64,000 nt of DNA from an uncultured Acidobacteriota bacterium (lineage in GTDB: Bacteria; Acidobacteriota; Blastocatellia; Pyrinomonadales; Pyrinomonadaceae), in the NCBI GenBank assembly GCA_963763355.1, contig CAVXOI010000004.1, forward strand, positions 123,514-187,513. The letters are read 5' to 3'. Every line of letters begins with the position of its first letter. The stretch's first letter is position 1. The translations under genes and the position numbers were made by a program. Below the pieces are notes generated by a model that was given only the letters and a program-made list of their open reading frames with translations, had not been told where the DNA came from and did not search any database. Below are positions 9,671-18,106 of this stretch, piece after piece.

Positions 9671-10297
9671 ATGGGTTTGAAAACTGTTTACAAGGCAAGA
9701 TCGTTTGACCTGAGCGACCTGACTGGCATTTCCAATGAAACGCTTGCGATGCATTTCAAGCTTTACGAAGGTTACGTAACCAACACGAACACGCTTAACG
9801 AAAAGATCTCGGAGTTGATCAGCGGCGGCGAGTTGGACGCGACGAAAGCGGCGGCTTTCTCGGAGTTGCGGCGCCGTTATGGTTTCGAATACAACGGTAT
9901 GGTCCTGCATGAATATTATTTCGAGAACATGGTCAAGAACGGCACCGGCGACCCGGGCAAGGATTCCGCGTTTGTGAAAGCGGCAGAGGAGAGTTTCGGC
10001 AGTTACGACGTTTGGAAGGCCGATTTTGTCGCCACCGGCAAGATGCGTGGCGTAGGCTGGGCCGCGACATATCAGGACCCGTCGAACGGCGCGATCTCGA
10101 ACCACTGGATCAATCTGCACGAGACCGGGAACGTCGCGGGCTATACGCCTGTTCTGATAATGGACGTCTGGGAGCACGCGTTTATCAAGGACTACGCTCC
10201 CGCAGACAGGCCGAAATACATCGAGGCATTCTTTTCGAATATAGATTGGGATACTGTGAGCGGCAGGCTCTCAAAGGCTGGAAGCGCAAAGGCTTAA
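9671..10297 (+). CDS. Fe/Mn superoxide dismutase family protein
   Basis: HFKLYEGYVTNTN near the N-terminus, and LIMDVWEHAFIKDY matching the D-x-WEHAYY metal-ligand block. Confidence 0.65.
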   Translation: MGLKTVYKARSFDLSDLTGISNETLAMHFKLYEGYVTNTNTLNEKISELISGGELDATKAAAFSELRRRYGFEYNGMVLHEYYFENMVKNGTGDPGKDSAFVKAAEESFGSYDVWKADFVATGKMRGVGWAATYQDPSNGAISNHWINLHETGNVAGYTPVLIMDVWEHAFIKDYAPADRPKYIEAFFSNIDWDTVSGRLSKAGSAKA

Positions 10298-10316
10298 CGC
10301 TACGAAGTGCTATATA

Positions 10317-10348
10317 GACCGGCTGTGGGCTTCTACAGCCGGTCTTTT
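10317..10348 (+). terminator. intrinsic terminator after the SOD-like gene
   Basis: gaccggctgt / gggcttct / acagccggtc followed by tttt. Confidence 0.7.
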
Positions 10349-10355
10349 GAGTTCA

Positions 10356-10385
10356 TTGACATCTGATGCATTGATGCGATAGCAT
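10356..10385 (+). promoter_or_regulatory. candidate sigma70-type promoter of vapBC (TTGACA-N18-TAGCAT) with an internal gatgc/gcatc palindrome
   Basis: The -10 element ends 7 nt before the vapB ATG (10393) and there is no SD sequence, which implies a leaderless or nearly leaderless mRNA. Confidence 0.45.
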
Positions 10386-10392
10386 CAGCTAT

Positions 10393-10629
10393 ATGCGTAC
10401 TACGCTGGATATTGAAGAAGATGTTCTTCTGGCCGTGAAAGAGTTGGCGAGGCACGAAAAAACCACCGCCGGAAAGGTCATCTCGCGTCTCGTTCGTAAG
10501 GGTTTGAGCGGCGATACCAGCCGATCGAGAAAAATTACATACCGAAATGGCGTGCCTATACTCCCGTCGCGTGGGCGGATAATTACGAACGAACTTATCG
10601 ACCAGATCAGAGAAGAAGAAGGGATCTAA
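10393..10629 (+). CDS. vapB: type II antitoxin, VapB-like
   Basis: 78 aa, MRTTLDIEEDVLLAVKELARHEKTTAGKVISRLVRKGL. It lies 4 nt upstream of a PIN-domain gene. Confidence 0.75.
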   Translation: MRTTLDIEEDVLLAVKELARHEKTTAGKVISRLVRKGLSGDTSRSRKITYRNGVPILPSRGRIITNELIDQIREEEGI

Positions 10630-10633
10630 GAGC

Positions 10634-11071
10634 GTGCGGTCATTGCTGGATATAAATGTCATTCTTGCTCTGATCGATTTTGACCACGTTTTTCATGCGT
10701 CGGCTCACGCCTGGTGGGGCCGGGCGAAGAAAGACGGCTGGGCTAGCTGCCCTTTAACCGAGAATGGAGTCGTGCGAATAATGGTTCAACCGAGTTATTC
10801 TTCGCCCGATCAAAATTCTCCCGACGATGTGATAACCTGGCTGACCAGGTTCGCTGAAGATACGGATCACGAATTCTGGGCTGATGACATATCACTTCGG
10901 GACAAGAACCGCTTTGATACGAAACGCATATTTGGGCCAAAACAGTTGACGGACATCTACCTGCTCGGCCTCGCCGCATCCAAGGGTGGCAGGCTAATTA
11001 CATTCGATCGAAAAGTAACTCCAGCCGCGGTTCCAGGAGCGTCGGAAAAGAATCTTCTTGTGATCGTTTAG
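10634..11071 (+). CDS. vapC: type II toxin, PIN-domain ribonuclease VapC
   Basis: LLDINVILALID (first acidic residue), LTENGVVRIM, LTDIYLLGLAASKGGRLITFD (C-terminal acidic residue). Confidence 0.8.
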   Translation: MRSLLDINVILALIDFDHVFHASAHAWWGRAKKDGWASCPLTENGVVRIMVQPSYSSPDQNSPDDVITWLTRFAEDTDHEFWADDISLRDKNRFDTKRIFGPKQLTDIYLLGLAASKGGRLITFDRKVTPAAVPGASEKNLLVIV

Positions 11072-11102
11072 ATTGCAACAATCAGTAACCAGTTCTTGAC
11101 GT

Positions 11103-12272
11103 TTAGTATTTCGGAACGCTTGCGTCGACAGTGTCCGACCACGCACCGATTCCGCCCTTTAGATTTATTAATCTTCCCTCGAATCCCGCGTCTTTTAGAT
11201 ACTCGATCGCCTTGGCGCTTCGGACACCGCCCTTGCACTGAACCACCGTCGTCTTTCCTTTCTCGATCTCGCAGATACGGTTAACGACCTCACCGAGCGG
11301 GATGAGCTTCGCGTCGGGAATGCGGGCGATCTCGATACTCGTACGGTTCGCGAACGTCAATAAGCTGAAAGTCTTCTTTGCTGTCGAACAACGATCTCAA
11401 TTCGGTCGCGGTTATTTCTTCGAGCGCCGGCTTCTCGTCTACCGGAGCTTTCAGGCCGCAGAATTCTTCGTAATCGATCAGCTCTTTGATCGTCGGATTT
11501 TCACCGCAGAGCGGGCAGCTCGGATCTTTTCGCAGCTTCAGCTGGCGAAACGTCATCTTCCACGCGTCGAACAGCAGCAAGCGATTTAGCAGGATTCCTT
11601 CCGCTCCGAGAATCACCTTGATAACCTCGTTCGCCTGGATCGTTCCGACGATCCCCGGCAGAACGCCGAGCACTCCGCCTTCCGCACACGACGGCACAAG
11701 TCCCGGCGGCGGCGGCTCCGGGTAAAGGCAGCGGTAGCACGCTCCTTTTTCCGCCCAGAACACGCTCGCCTGCCCTTCGAAGCGGAAGATCGATCCGTAA
11801 ACATTCGGCTTGCCGGTCAGGACACTGGCGTCGTTTACCAGATAACGTGTCGGGAAATTGTCAGTGCCGTCGACGATCACGTCGAATTCGCTGAACAGCT
11901 CAAGGGCGTTCTCGCTCGTCAGTCGCGTTTCGAACGCCTCGACATTCGTGTTCGGGTTGATGTCGTGAAGGCGGTCGTTAGCCGACTCGATCTTCTTGCG
12001 GCCGACATCTTTAGTGCCGTGAATGATCTGCCGCTGAAGATTTGATACGTCAACGACATCGAAATCGACGATGCCGATCGTGCCGACGCCGGCCGCCGCG
12101 AGATACAGCCCGAGCGGCGAGCCGAGCCGCCCGTGCCGATCGTCAAGACACGGGCGGCCTTCAGCTTTTTCTGCCCCTCGAGTCCGACTTCCGGCAGGAT
12201 CAGATGCCGCGAATAACGAGCGATCTCTTCGTTCGAAAGCTCCGGCAGCGGATCGCGGACTTCAGTCCGCAA
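11103..12272 (-). CDS. moeB: E1-like adenylyltransferase/sulfurtransferase, MoeB/ThiF domain fused to C-terminal rhodanese (MoeZ-type); 2 or more frame breaks
   Basis: [73 protein letters not shown], then rhodanese [13 protein letters not shown]. Pieces 11919..12272, an unlisted frame, 11290..11880 and 11103..11360. Confidence 0.85.
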
Positions 12273-12577
12273 GCGGTGCTGACTGAAGTCCGTGTTCCAA
12301 CACTGCCGCCGGCGATCGACGGCACGATCATAATCGTCTCGCCATCCTTGACAGGCGTGTCCGGCCCGTCGAGATGGCGAATGTCTTCGTCGCCGACGTA
12401 AACATTGATGAAATTGCGGAGTTTGTCCTGCTCGTTATAAAGATGCTTGCGAAGCTCGGCGTGCGTCGTCGTCAGCTCCAGCAAAGCGTCGCCCGCTGTT
12501 GCGGCTTGTACTTCGATCTCCGAATTGCCGCCCGCAAACTGCCTAAGCGGCGTTGGTATAACAACCGTTACTCCCAT
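12200..12577 (-). CDS. ThiS/MoaD-fold sulfur-carrier protein (CysO/HcyS-like); Gly-Gly at codons 90-91, ORF continues 34 codons further
   Basis: [23 protein letters not shown]...[14 protein letters not shown]. The GG codons occupy 12305-12310 and the first in-frame stop is at 12200-12202. Confidence 0.75.
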   Translation of the reverse strand: MGVTVVIPTPLRQFAGGNSEIEVQAATAGDALLELTTTHAELRKHLYNEQDKLRNFINVYVGDEDIRHLDGPDTPVKDGETIMIVPSIAGGSVGTRTSVSTACGLKSAIRCRSFRTKRSLVIRGI

Positions 12578-12607
12578 ATGATGCTCTCCTTTTTCGGAAT
12601 AAGTGAT

Positions 12608-12668
12608 CACTGATAACTGAAAGCTGATAATGAAGTTGAGCTGGAATTATCAGTTATCAGCTATTCCG
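12608..12668. repeat. ctgataa-word hairpin, same family as 58016-58106
   Basis: cactgataactgaaagctgataat ... aattatcagttatcagctattcc. The 20-mer aattatcagttatcagctat (12645-12664) is identical to 58072-58091 and contains the stop codon of the JAMM gene. Confidence 0.75.
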
Positions 12669-13100
12669 AGTGTGTCAAAACTTTCTCAATTTCCTCCTCG
12701 TTGAATTTTGATCGATCGTTCTCCATCTCCCACGACCGGATATCGACGACCTTTCCTTCGATCACCGACGCGATGACGTACGACCAGACCGGCAGCGCGT
12801 GATCGAGATCGTACTGCGACGGCACCGCCTGGTCGTCCGGGTGCGAGTGATAATAGCCGACGACATCGAGCTTTTTCTCGCGAGCATACCGCTCGGCCCG
12901 CAGAACATCTTTCGGCAAGGATCAGCACGCGGTTGTGTCGTGCCTCTTCCTCGCGGGCGTTTTCGAGCGGGAAGATCTCAATTACCGTTTTTCGGTCGTC
13001 TTCGAACTTGGCCGATCAGCATACCGCCGCATTCGTGCGGATAGTCCCGCTCGGCGTGAGCCGCGATGCTCTTTGCTATACTTTCGTCAATACGGATCAC
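12661..13100 (-). CDS. JAMM/MPN+ metalloprotease (Mec/HcyD-like); frame break(s) between 12918 and 12978
   Basis: AHAERDYPHECGGMLIG (N-terminal Glu block) and VVGYYHSHPDDQAVPSQYD (HxHx7Sx2D). GTG start proposed at 13100. Confidence 0.8.
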
Positions 13101-13134
13101 TTTTTTCCCTTTCGATTTCTTGGCGTCTTCGCGA

Positions 13135-13167
13135 CTTTGCGGGAAACTAAGAATATTTCCCGCAAAG
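13135..13167. repeat. 12-bp perfect hairpin (ctttgcgggaaa / tttcccgcaaag) in the metY-JAMM spacer
   Basis: Read directly. The flanks add imperfect pairing (gcgtcttcgcga / acgcaaaggagc). Confidence 0.7.
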
Positions 13168-13218
13168 ACGCAAAGGAGCAAAGACGAATTTCAAACAGTG
13201 GCAGCCAGTGAGGCTTTC

Positions 13219-14426
13219 TCAGTCAGCGGCGCTGAGTGCCAATGCCTGTTCGATGTCCGCGCAGTATGTCGTTCACATCTTCGATTCCGACCGAAATGCG
13301 GATCAGCCCTTCTGTGATCCCGAGCGCTGCCCGTTTCGCCGGCGAAAGCTCGCGGTGCGTCGCGGTTGCCGGGTGGACGATGCCGGTAAACAGATCGCCG
13401 ACGCTGGCGGCACGCGTGCAAAGTTTCAGCGCGTTCAAGAATCTGTAGGCCGCCTCCCGCGTGTCTTCGGCCAGGCGGATGGTGACGATCGCGCCGAATT
13501 CGGAGCCGTGGAACGTGCTGTCGAGAGCGTTGCGCTTGCTCATCTTCAAAGAACTTCGGGTAGATCACTTCATCGATCTGCGGCAGCTTTCGCAGCTGAG
13601 CCGCGAGGCGTTCGGCGTTCGAGCATTGTTTTTCCATCCTCAGCCCAAGCGTCTTAATCCGCGCAGTATCGAATGAGCCTCCCACGGGCTCAGCACTCCG
13701 CCTGCCAGCGTCAACGCCCCCAGCAGTGCCGGGCTGGTCGAAATCCTCTTTCGCCACCACAACGCCGCCTGTCGCGTCGGCGTGCCCGCCCAGATACTTG
13801 GTCGCACTGTGAACGACGAAATCGGCTCCCAGATCGAGCGGCCGGCAAAGATACGGCGTCGCGAACGTGTTGTCAACGATCAGCTTCGCGCCGACCTCGC
13901 GGGCGATCTCGGCACATTCTTCGATATCGCAGACTTTCAAGAGCGGATTCGAAAGCGTTTCGCAGATCAATACCGTCGGCCTGAGCTCGAACGCCTTCGC
14001 CCGCAGGGCCGCGATATCGGTGAAATCTTCCGTAACGGTCTTTACCCCGAACGCTCCGAATAACGTGTAGAGCAGCTCGAACGTCGAGCCATAAAGGTCG
14101 CGTGAGGCGAGCACGACCGAGCCGCTCGACAGTTCGCACGCGAGCAAAGCAGCGTGCATCGCCGCCATTCCGGAGCCGTACGCATACGCGAATTTTCCAT
14201 GCTCGATCGCCGCCATCGCCTCCTCTAACGCCGCGACCGTCGGGTTGCCGTAACGGCTGTAAACAAAGCCGCTTGTCTCGCCCTCGACGATGCGGTCGAT
14301 GTCCTCGACCCGTTCGTAAATGAACGACGAGTCGCATAGATCGGGGTCGAAGCCGGAACGCCCGCCGGAGCAGTTCGCCGCTCGCCGGCGTGTACAAATT
14401 GCGTCGCTAATCGAAAAGTCGGTCAT
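13219..14426 (-). CDS. Cys/Met-metabolism PLP enzyme, O-acetylhomoserine sulfhydrylase / cystathionine gamma-synthase family (MetY/MetZ-like); 4 or more frame breaks
   Basis: YSRYGNPTVAALEEAMAAIEHG, GSGMAAMHAALLA, DNTFATPYLCRPLDLGADFVVHSATKYLGGH (PLP Lys), LRMEKQCSNAERLA, ATATHRELS, IRISVGIEDVNDI. These blocks are spread over three frames. Confidence 0.8.
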
Positions 14427-14455
14427 AATTTCCCCCGGACAACCTCCAAAACGAA

Positions 14456-14490
14456 AAAAGCTCTCGTGCCAAATAAGCACGAGAGCTTTT
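14456..14490 (-). terminator. intrinsic terminator in the leader, 30 nt upstream of the metY-like ATG (attenuator candidate)
   Basis: Minus strand reads aaaagctctcgtgc-ttatttg-gcacgagagctttt, then ttcgtttt, GGAGG and ATG (14426). Confidence 0.7.
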
Positions 14491-14739
14491 TAAAATCTCT
14501 TTGCGTTGTTTAGCAGTTTTTTTAGTGGAGCAAGTTAACCTTAAATCGCCACTGTCGTCGTTTCCCTCTATAGAAAAGCATGTAAAAGAACTAAAGGCAG
14601 ATTAACGGAAGCTTGACCGGCTTGTCAAGCGTGATCGCGAATTGATTTTCAAAGAACCATTTCACGGACCGGTATTAGCAAGTGTGTTCACAGAAGTTAC
14701 TGCATGAGTCAACTGCGTGCTAACGCGTGAGCCTGTGCA

Positions 14740-15704
14740 TTATTCGTTCCAAAATTCCTCGTGCATATACTTTCCGCCGCCGTCGCAAAGGATCGTTACG
14801 ACCACGGCGTCACCTTGTAACTTTTCGCCAGGTCGAATGGCAGCAAACACATTTGCCCCCGAGCTCGGCCCGACGAAAAGGCCCTCTTCGCGTGCAAGCC
14901 GCCGCGTCATCGCCTGGGCTTCCTCCGTCGATACCGTTTGATTCTCATCGGCCACCGATGCGTCGTAAATACCGGGGACGATCGCCGTGTCGAGATGCTT
15001 CAACCCTTCAAGCCCGTGCATCGGCGATTCGGGCTGGATCGAGATCGCATGCAGCTCTGGATTAAATTCCTTCAGCCGCCGTGTCGTCCCGACGAACGTT
15101 CCGGTCGTGCCTAGTCCGGCGACGAAAATGCGTAACACGGCCCTGTGTTTGCCACCAGATCTCGTGCGCGGTCGTCGCGTAATGGGCCTTCCAGTTCGCT
15201 TCGTTGTTGTACTGATCGGGATAGAAATACCTTTCCGGATGTTCGGCCGCGAGCTCGACGCGCAAGACGCTGGGCTCCGTCGGTAGCCTGCATCGGATCG
15301 GTTTCGATGATCTCGGCACCGTAAAGTTTCAGGATCCGCTTCCGGGCGGCACTGGCATTTTTCGGCAGCGCGAGCGTTACCCGATATCCGCGGGCGGCGC
15401 CGATCATCGCGTAGGCGATGCCGGTGTTTCCGCTCGTCGCGTCGAGGATGGTTTTATCGGGCGTCAACTCGCCGCTTTTTTCGCCTGCGAGGATCATCGC
15501 CAGCGCAGCACGGTCTTTGACGGAGCCGCCCGGATTCATGAACTCTGCCTTCGCGTAAACCTCGACGCCCTCGGGCAAGGCCGCTCGTCACACTTCGAAG
15601 CGGATCAGCGGCGTGTTGCCGACCGCGGCCTCGAGAAAGCCTTTCGATATCTCGTCCGCCCGAAAAGATCGTGCTACTTTCATTTCTTTTACTGCTGTTT
15701 GCAT
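14740..15704 (-). CDS. cysM: cysteine synthase family PLP enzyme (CysM/CysK-like); 2 or more frame breaks
   Basis: VGNTPLIRFE, AKAEFMNPGGSVKDRAAL (PLP Lys), DATSGNTGIAYAMIGAARGY, GLGTTGTFVGTTRRLKE, GPSSGANV. Pieces 15588..15866, 15111..15578, 15062..15319 and 14740..15138. Confidence 0.85.
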
Positions 15705-15772
15705 ATTTAGGTACGACGGACTTTCCAATTTGTCGTCGCGAACAGGCTGGAAAGCTTGTTCTACATACTCCC

Positions 15773-15788
15773 GCTGAAGCGTGAACTC
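15773..15788 (-). promoter_or_regulatory. 16-nt block gagttcacgcttcagc (minus strand), identical copy at 24943-24958
   Basis: At both sites it follows a hairpin plus T-run and precedes a TAGAAY hexamer and a minus-strand gene start. Confidence 0.35.
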
Positions 15789-15795
15789 CAAACAA

Positions 15796-15830
15796 AAAGC
15801 CGTGAATCCTGAGTTAGGCTTCACGGCTTT
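15796..15830 (-). terminator. terminator-like hairpin in the cysM-like leader
   Basis: aaagccgtgaa / gcctaactcagga / ttcacggcttt, then tttgtttgg on the minus strand. No minus-strand gene lies upstream of it. Confidence 0.55.
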
Positions 15831-16066
15831 CGGTCTTATTGATTGCGATCGTCTATCGTCACTCAACGCAACACCTCAGCCGCCGCGCCCAACAGGCGCA
15901 CTTGTAAGCAGCAACAACAAATGCAGTGAATCGGCTGAGAAAACTTCATATTTGAATCCTTACAAAAAAGTCTATATTCTGAAATATAGTGAATCCGGCC
16001 GTTCAATGTCAACTGATATTTTCGAGCGGTCGATGATAGACTTGAGGTTCGCAACTGATTAGTCAC

Positions 16067-17001
16067 ATGATCGAAGAAAAGGTCCTAGTACAAAAATTCC
16101 TCAACCGCAACCAGCGTGAGCGGCTGAAAAAGCCCGACTGGCTGAAGATCAAGCTCGGCGACCCGACGAATCAGAACGCGGTGCTCGACCTGATCGAGGG
16201 GCTGAATCTGCACACCGTCTGCCAGGAAGCGAAATGCCCGAACATTTTCGAATGCTGGACGGACAAAACCGCCACTTTCATGCTCGGCGGCGACACCTGC
16301 ACGCGGCATTGCGGATTCTGCGCGGTAAACAAGGGCAAGCCGATGGACCTCGACCCGATGGAGCCGACGCACGTCGCCGAGGCCGTTAAACATCTCGATC
16401 TTAAACACGCCGTTATCACTTCGGTGAATCGCGACGATCTCCCCGACGGCGGCTCGATGCATTGGGCGGAGACGATCATGAGGGTCCGCGAGATGAATCC
16501 GGAATGCAAGGTCGAGGTCCTGATCCCCGATTTCAACGGCGACGAAGACGCCTTGAACAACGTCCTTGACGCGCGCCCGGACGTTCTCAATCACAATACC
16601 GAAACGATCGCCCGCCTCTACCGCCGCGTTCGCCCCGATGCGAAATATGCCCAGTCGATGGAGTTGCTTACTCGTGCCGCGCATTTCCGCGACACCCAAA
16701 TGCCCGCCGATGCTCACCAAAAGCGGCATCATGGCCGGGCTTCGGCGAAACTTTCGAAGAGGTCGTCGACCTGATGCGGGATCTTCGCACAGCCTCGTGC
16801 GACATCATGACCATCGGCCAATACCTGCAGCCATACGAAAAACGCCTGCCGGTCGAGCGCTACGTCACGCCCGAAGAATTCGCCGAATGGAAAAAGATCG
16901 GCGAGGCAATGGGCTTCAAGCACGTCGAATCTTCGCCCCTGACGCGCAGCTCGTATCATGCGCGGCAGCAGACGGAAAACGGAGAAAGGGTTTCCGTTTA
17001 G
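16067..17001 (+). CDS. lipA: lipoyl synthase (one frame break near 16720-16775)
   Basis: CQEAKCPNIFECW and CTRHCGFCAV (radical-SAM CxxxCxxC), then MTIGQYLQP...RSSYHA. Pieces 16067..16774 and 16774..17001. Confidence 0.9.
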
Positions 17002-17022
17002 TCGTGTTATCATTCCGACGAT

Positions 17023-17478
17023 ATGAACGACACGGATAATCATAAGGCGATCGAGATCCTAAACCGGATCATGGAACTGGAGCTGGCGGGCGTGGTGCGT
17101 TATACGCATTATTCGCTGATGGTGTTCGGGTACAACCGGATCCCGATCGTTTCGTGGCTGAACGGGAATGCGAATGAAAGCCTGGCACATGCCAAAAGGG
17201 CGGGTGAGTTCGTGACGATGCTGGGCGGGCACCCGAGCTTGAAGATCGGAACGCTGCTTGAGACGCATAAGCATGATATCGGCGACATCCTGCGTGAGAG
17301 CTTTGAGCAGGAATCGACGACGCTTGCCGCTTACTACGATCTGCTCAAACTTGTCGAGGGCAACACCGTCGCACTTGAAGAATATTCCCGTGAGATGATC
17401 CTGCTCGAAGAGACGCATCTCGACGAGGTCAACAAAATGCTGCGAAAGCCCGGCGAGATAACCCCATTCAGCGAATGA
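17023..17478 (+). CDS. ferritin-like protein (bacterioferritin family)
   Basis: IEILNRIMELELAGVVRYTHY, ESLAHAKRAGEFV and LLEETHLDEVNKML fit a four-helix di-iron pattern. Confidence 0.55.
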   Translation: MNDTDNHKAIEILNRIMELELAGVVRYTHYSLMVFGYNRIPIVSWLNGNANESLAHAKRAGEFVTMLGGHPSLKIGTLLETHKHDIGDILRESFEQESTTLAAYYDLLKLVEGNTVALEEYSREMILLEETHLDEVNKMLRKPGEITPFSE

Positions 17479-18002
17479 ACTCGCCGCGACCGGTGAAAAT
17501 ACTCGAAACCGAACGCCTGCTCCTTCGCGAGGTCGAGCCTGACGACGCCGGCTTTGTGCTCGACCTTCTCAACCAGCCATCCTTCAAAAAATACATCGGC
17601 GATCGCGGCGTTCGCACCGTCGAGCAGGCACGCGAATATATCGCGACTCGCTTTACAAAGAGTTATGAAGAAAACGGCTTTGGCCTGTACCTCGTCGAAC
17701 TGAGAACGGACGCGACACCGATAGGCGTTTGCGGTCTTGTGAAACGCAACGAGTTGGACGATCCGGATATTGGTTTCGCCTTGCTACCGCAGTTCGAGAA
17801 AAGAGGCTATGCATTCGAGGCCGCCGACGCCGTGATGCGTTACGGCCGCGAAACGCTTGGGCTCTTGCGGGTGCTTGCTATTACAACCCTCGATAACGAA
17901 AGTTCCGGGCGGCTTCTGGAGAAGATCGGGCTATTGTTCAAGCACGAGATCGTACTCCGCGATGAAACGCTCAAACTGTTTTCGACTGTACATGAAGACT
18001 AA
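17475..18002 (+). CDS. GNAT family N-acetyltransferase (RimJ/RimL-like)
   Basis: LETERLLLREVEPDDA, IGVCGL and FEKRGYAFEAADAVMRYG. Its ATGA overlaps the upstream stop. Confidence 0.7.
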   Translation: MNSPRPVKILETERLLLREVEPDDAGFVLDLLNQPSFKKYIGDRGVRTVEQAREYIATRFTKSYEENGFGLYLVELRTDATPIGVCGLVKRNELDDPDIGFALLPQFEKRGYAFEAADAVMRYGRETLGLLRVLAITTLDNESSGRLLEKIGLLFKHEIVLRDETLKLFSTVHED

Positions 18003-18106
18003 TGCGTCGATGTAAAAAACCTGAGACCCGCAGTCCCGCGAAAGCAACGATAAACGCCCGTACCGCATCAATTTAGGCAGATCACCAAATATCTAGAGGT
18101 AACCGT

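Noticed and set aside
11103-13100. Ubl + E1 + JAMM trio as a ubiquitin-like conjugation or antiphage (Bil/CBASS-Cap2/Cap3-type) system
   Set aside because: There is no E2-like domain. The E1 carries a rhodanese domain, and the trio is embedded with two Cys/Met PLP enzymes. This matches the known thiocarboxylate sulfur-transfer pathways.
14491-14739. SAM-I (S-box) riboswitch in the metY-like leader
   Set aside because: I could not find the conserved S-box core (kink-turn GA motif, the AUCnAGAG...GGnGGAGGGA and GCAACC blocks). The region is kept only as an unassigned leader-terminator candidate.
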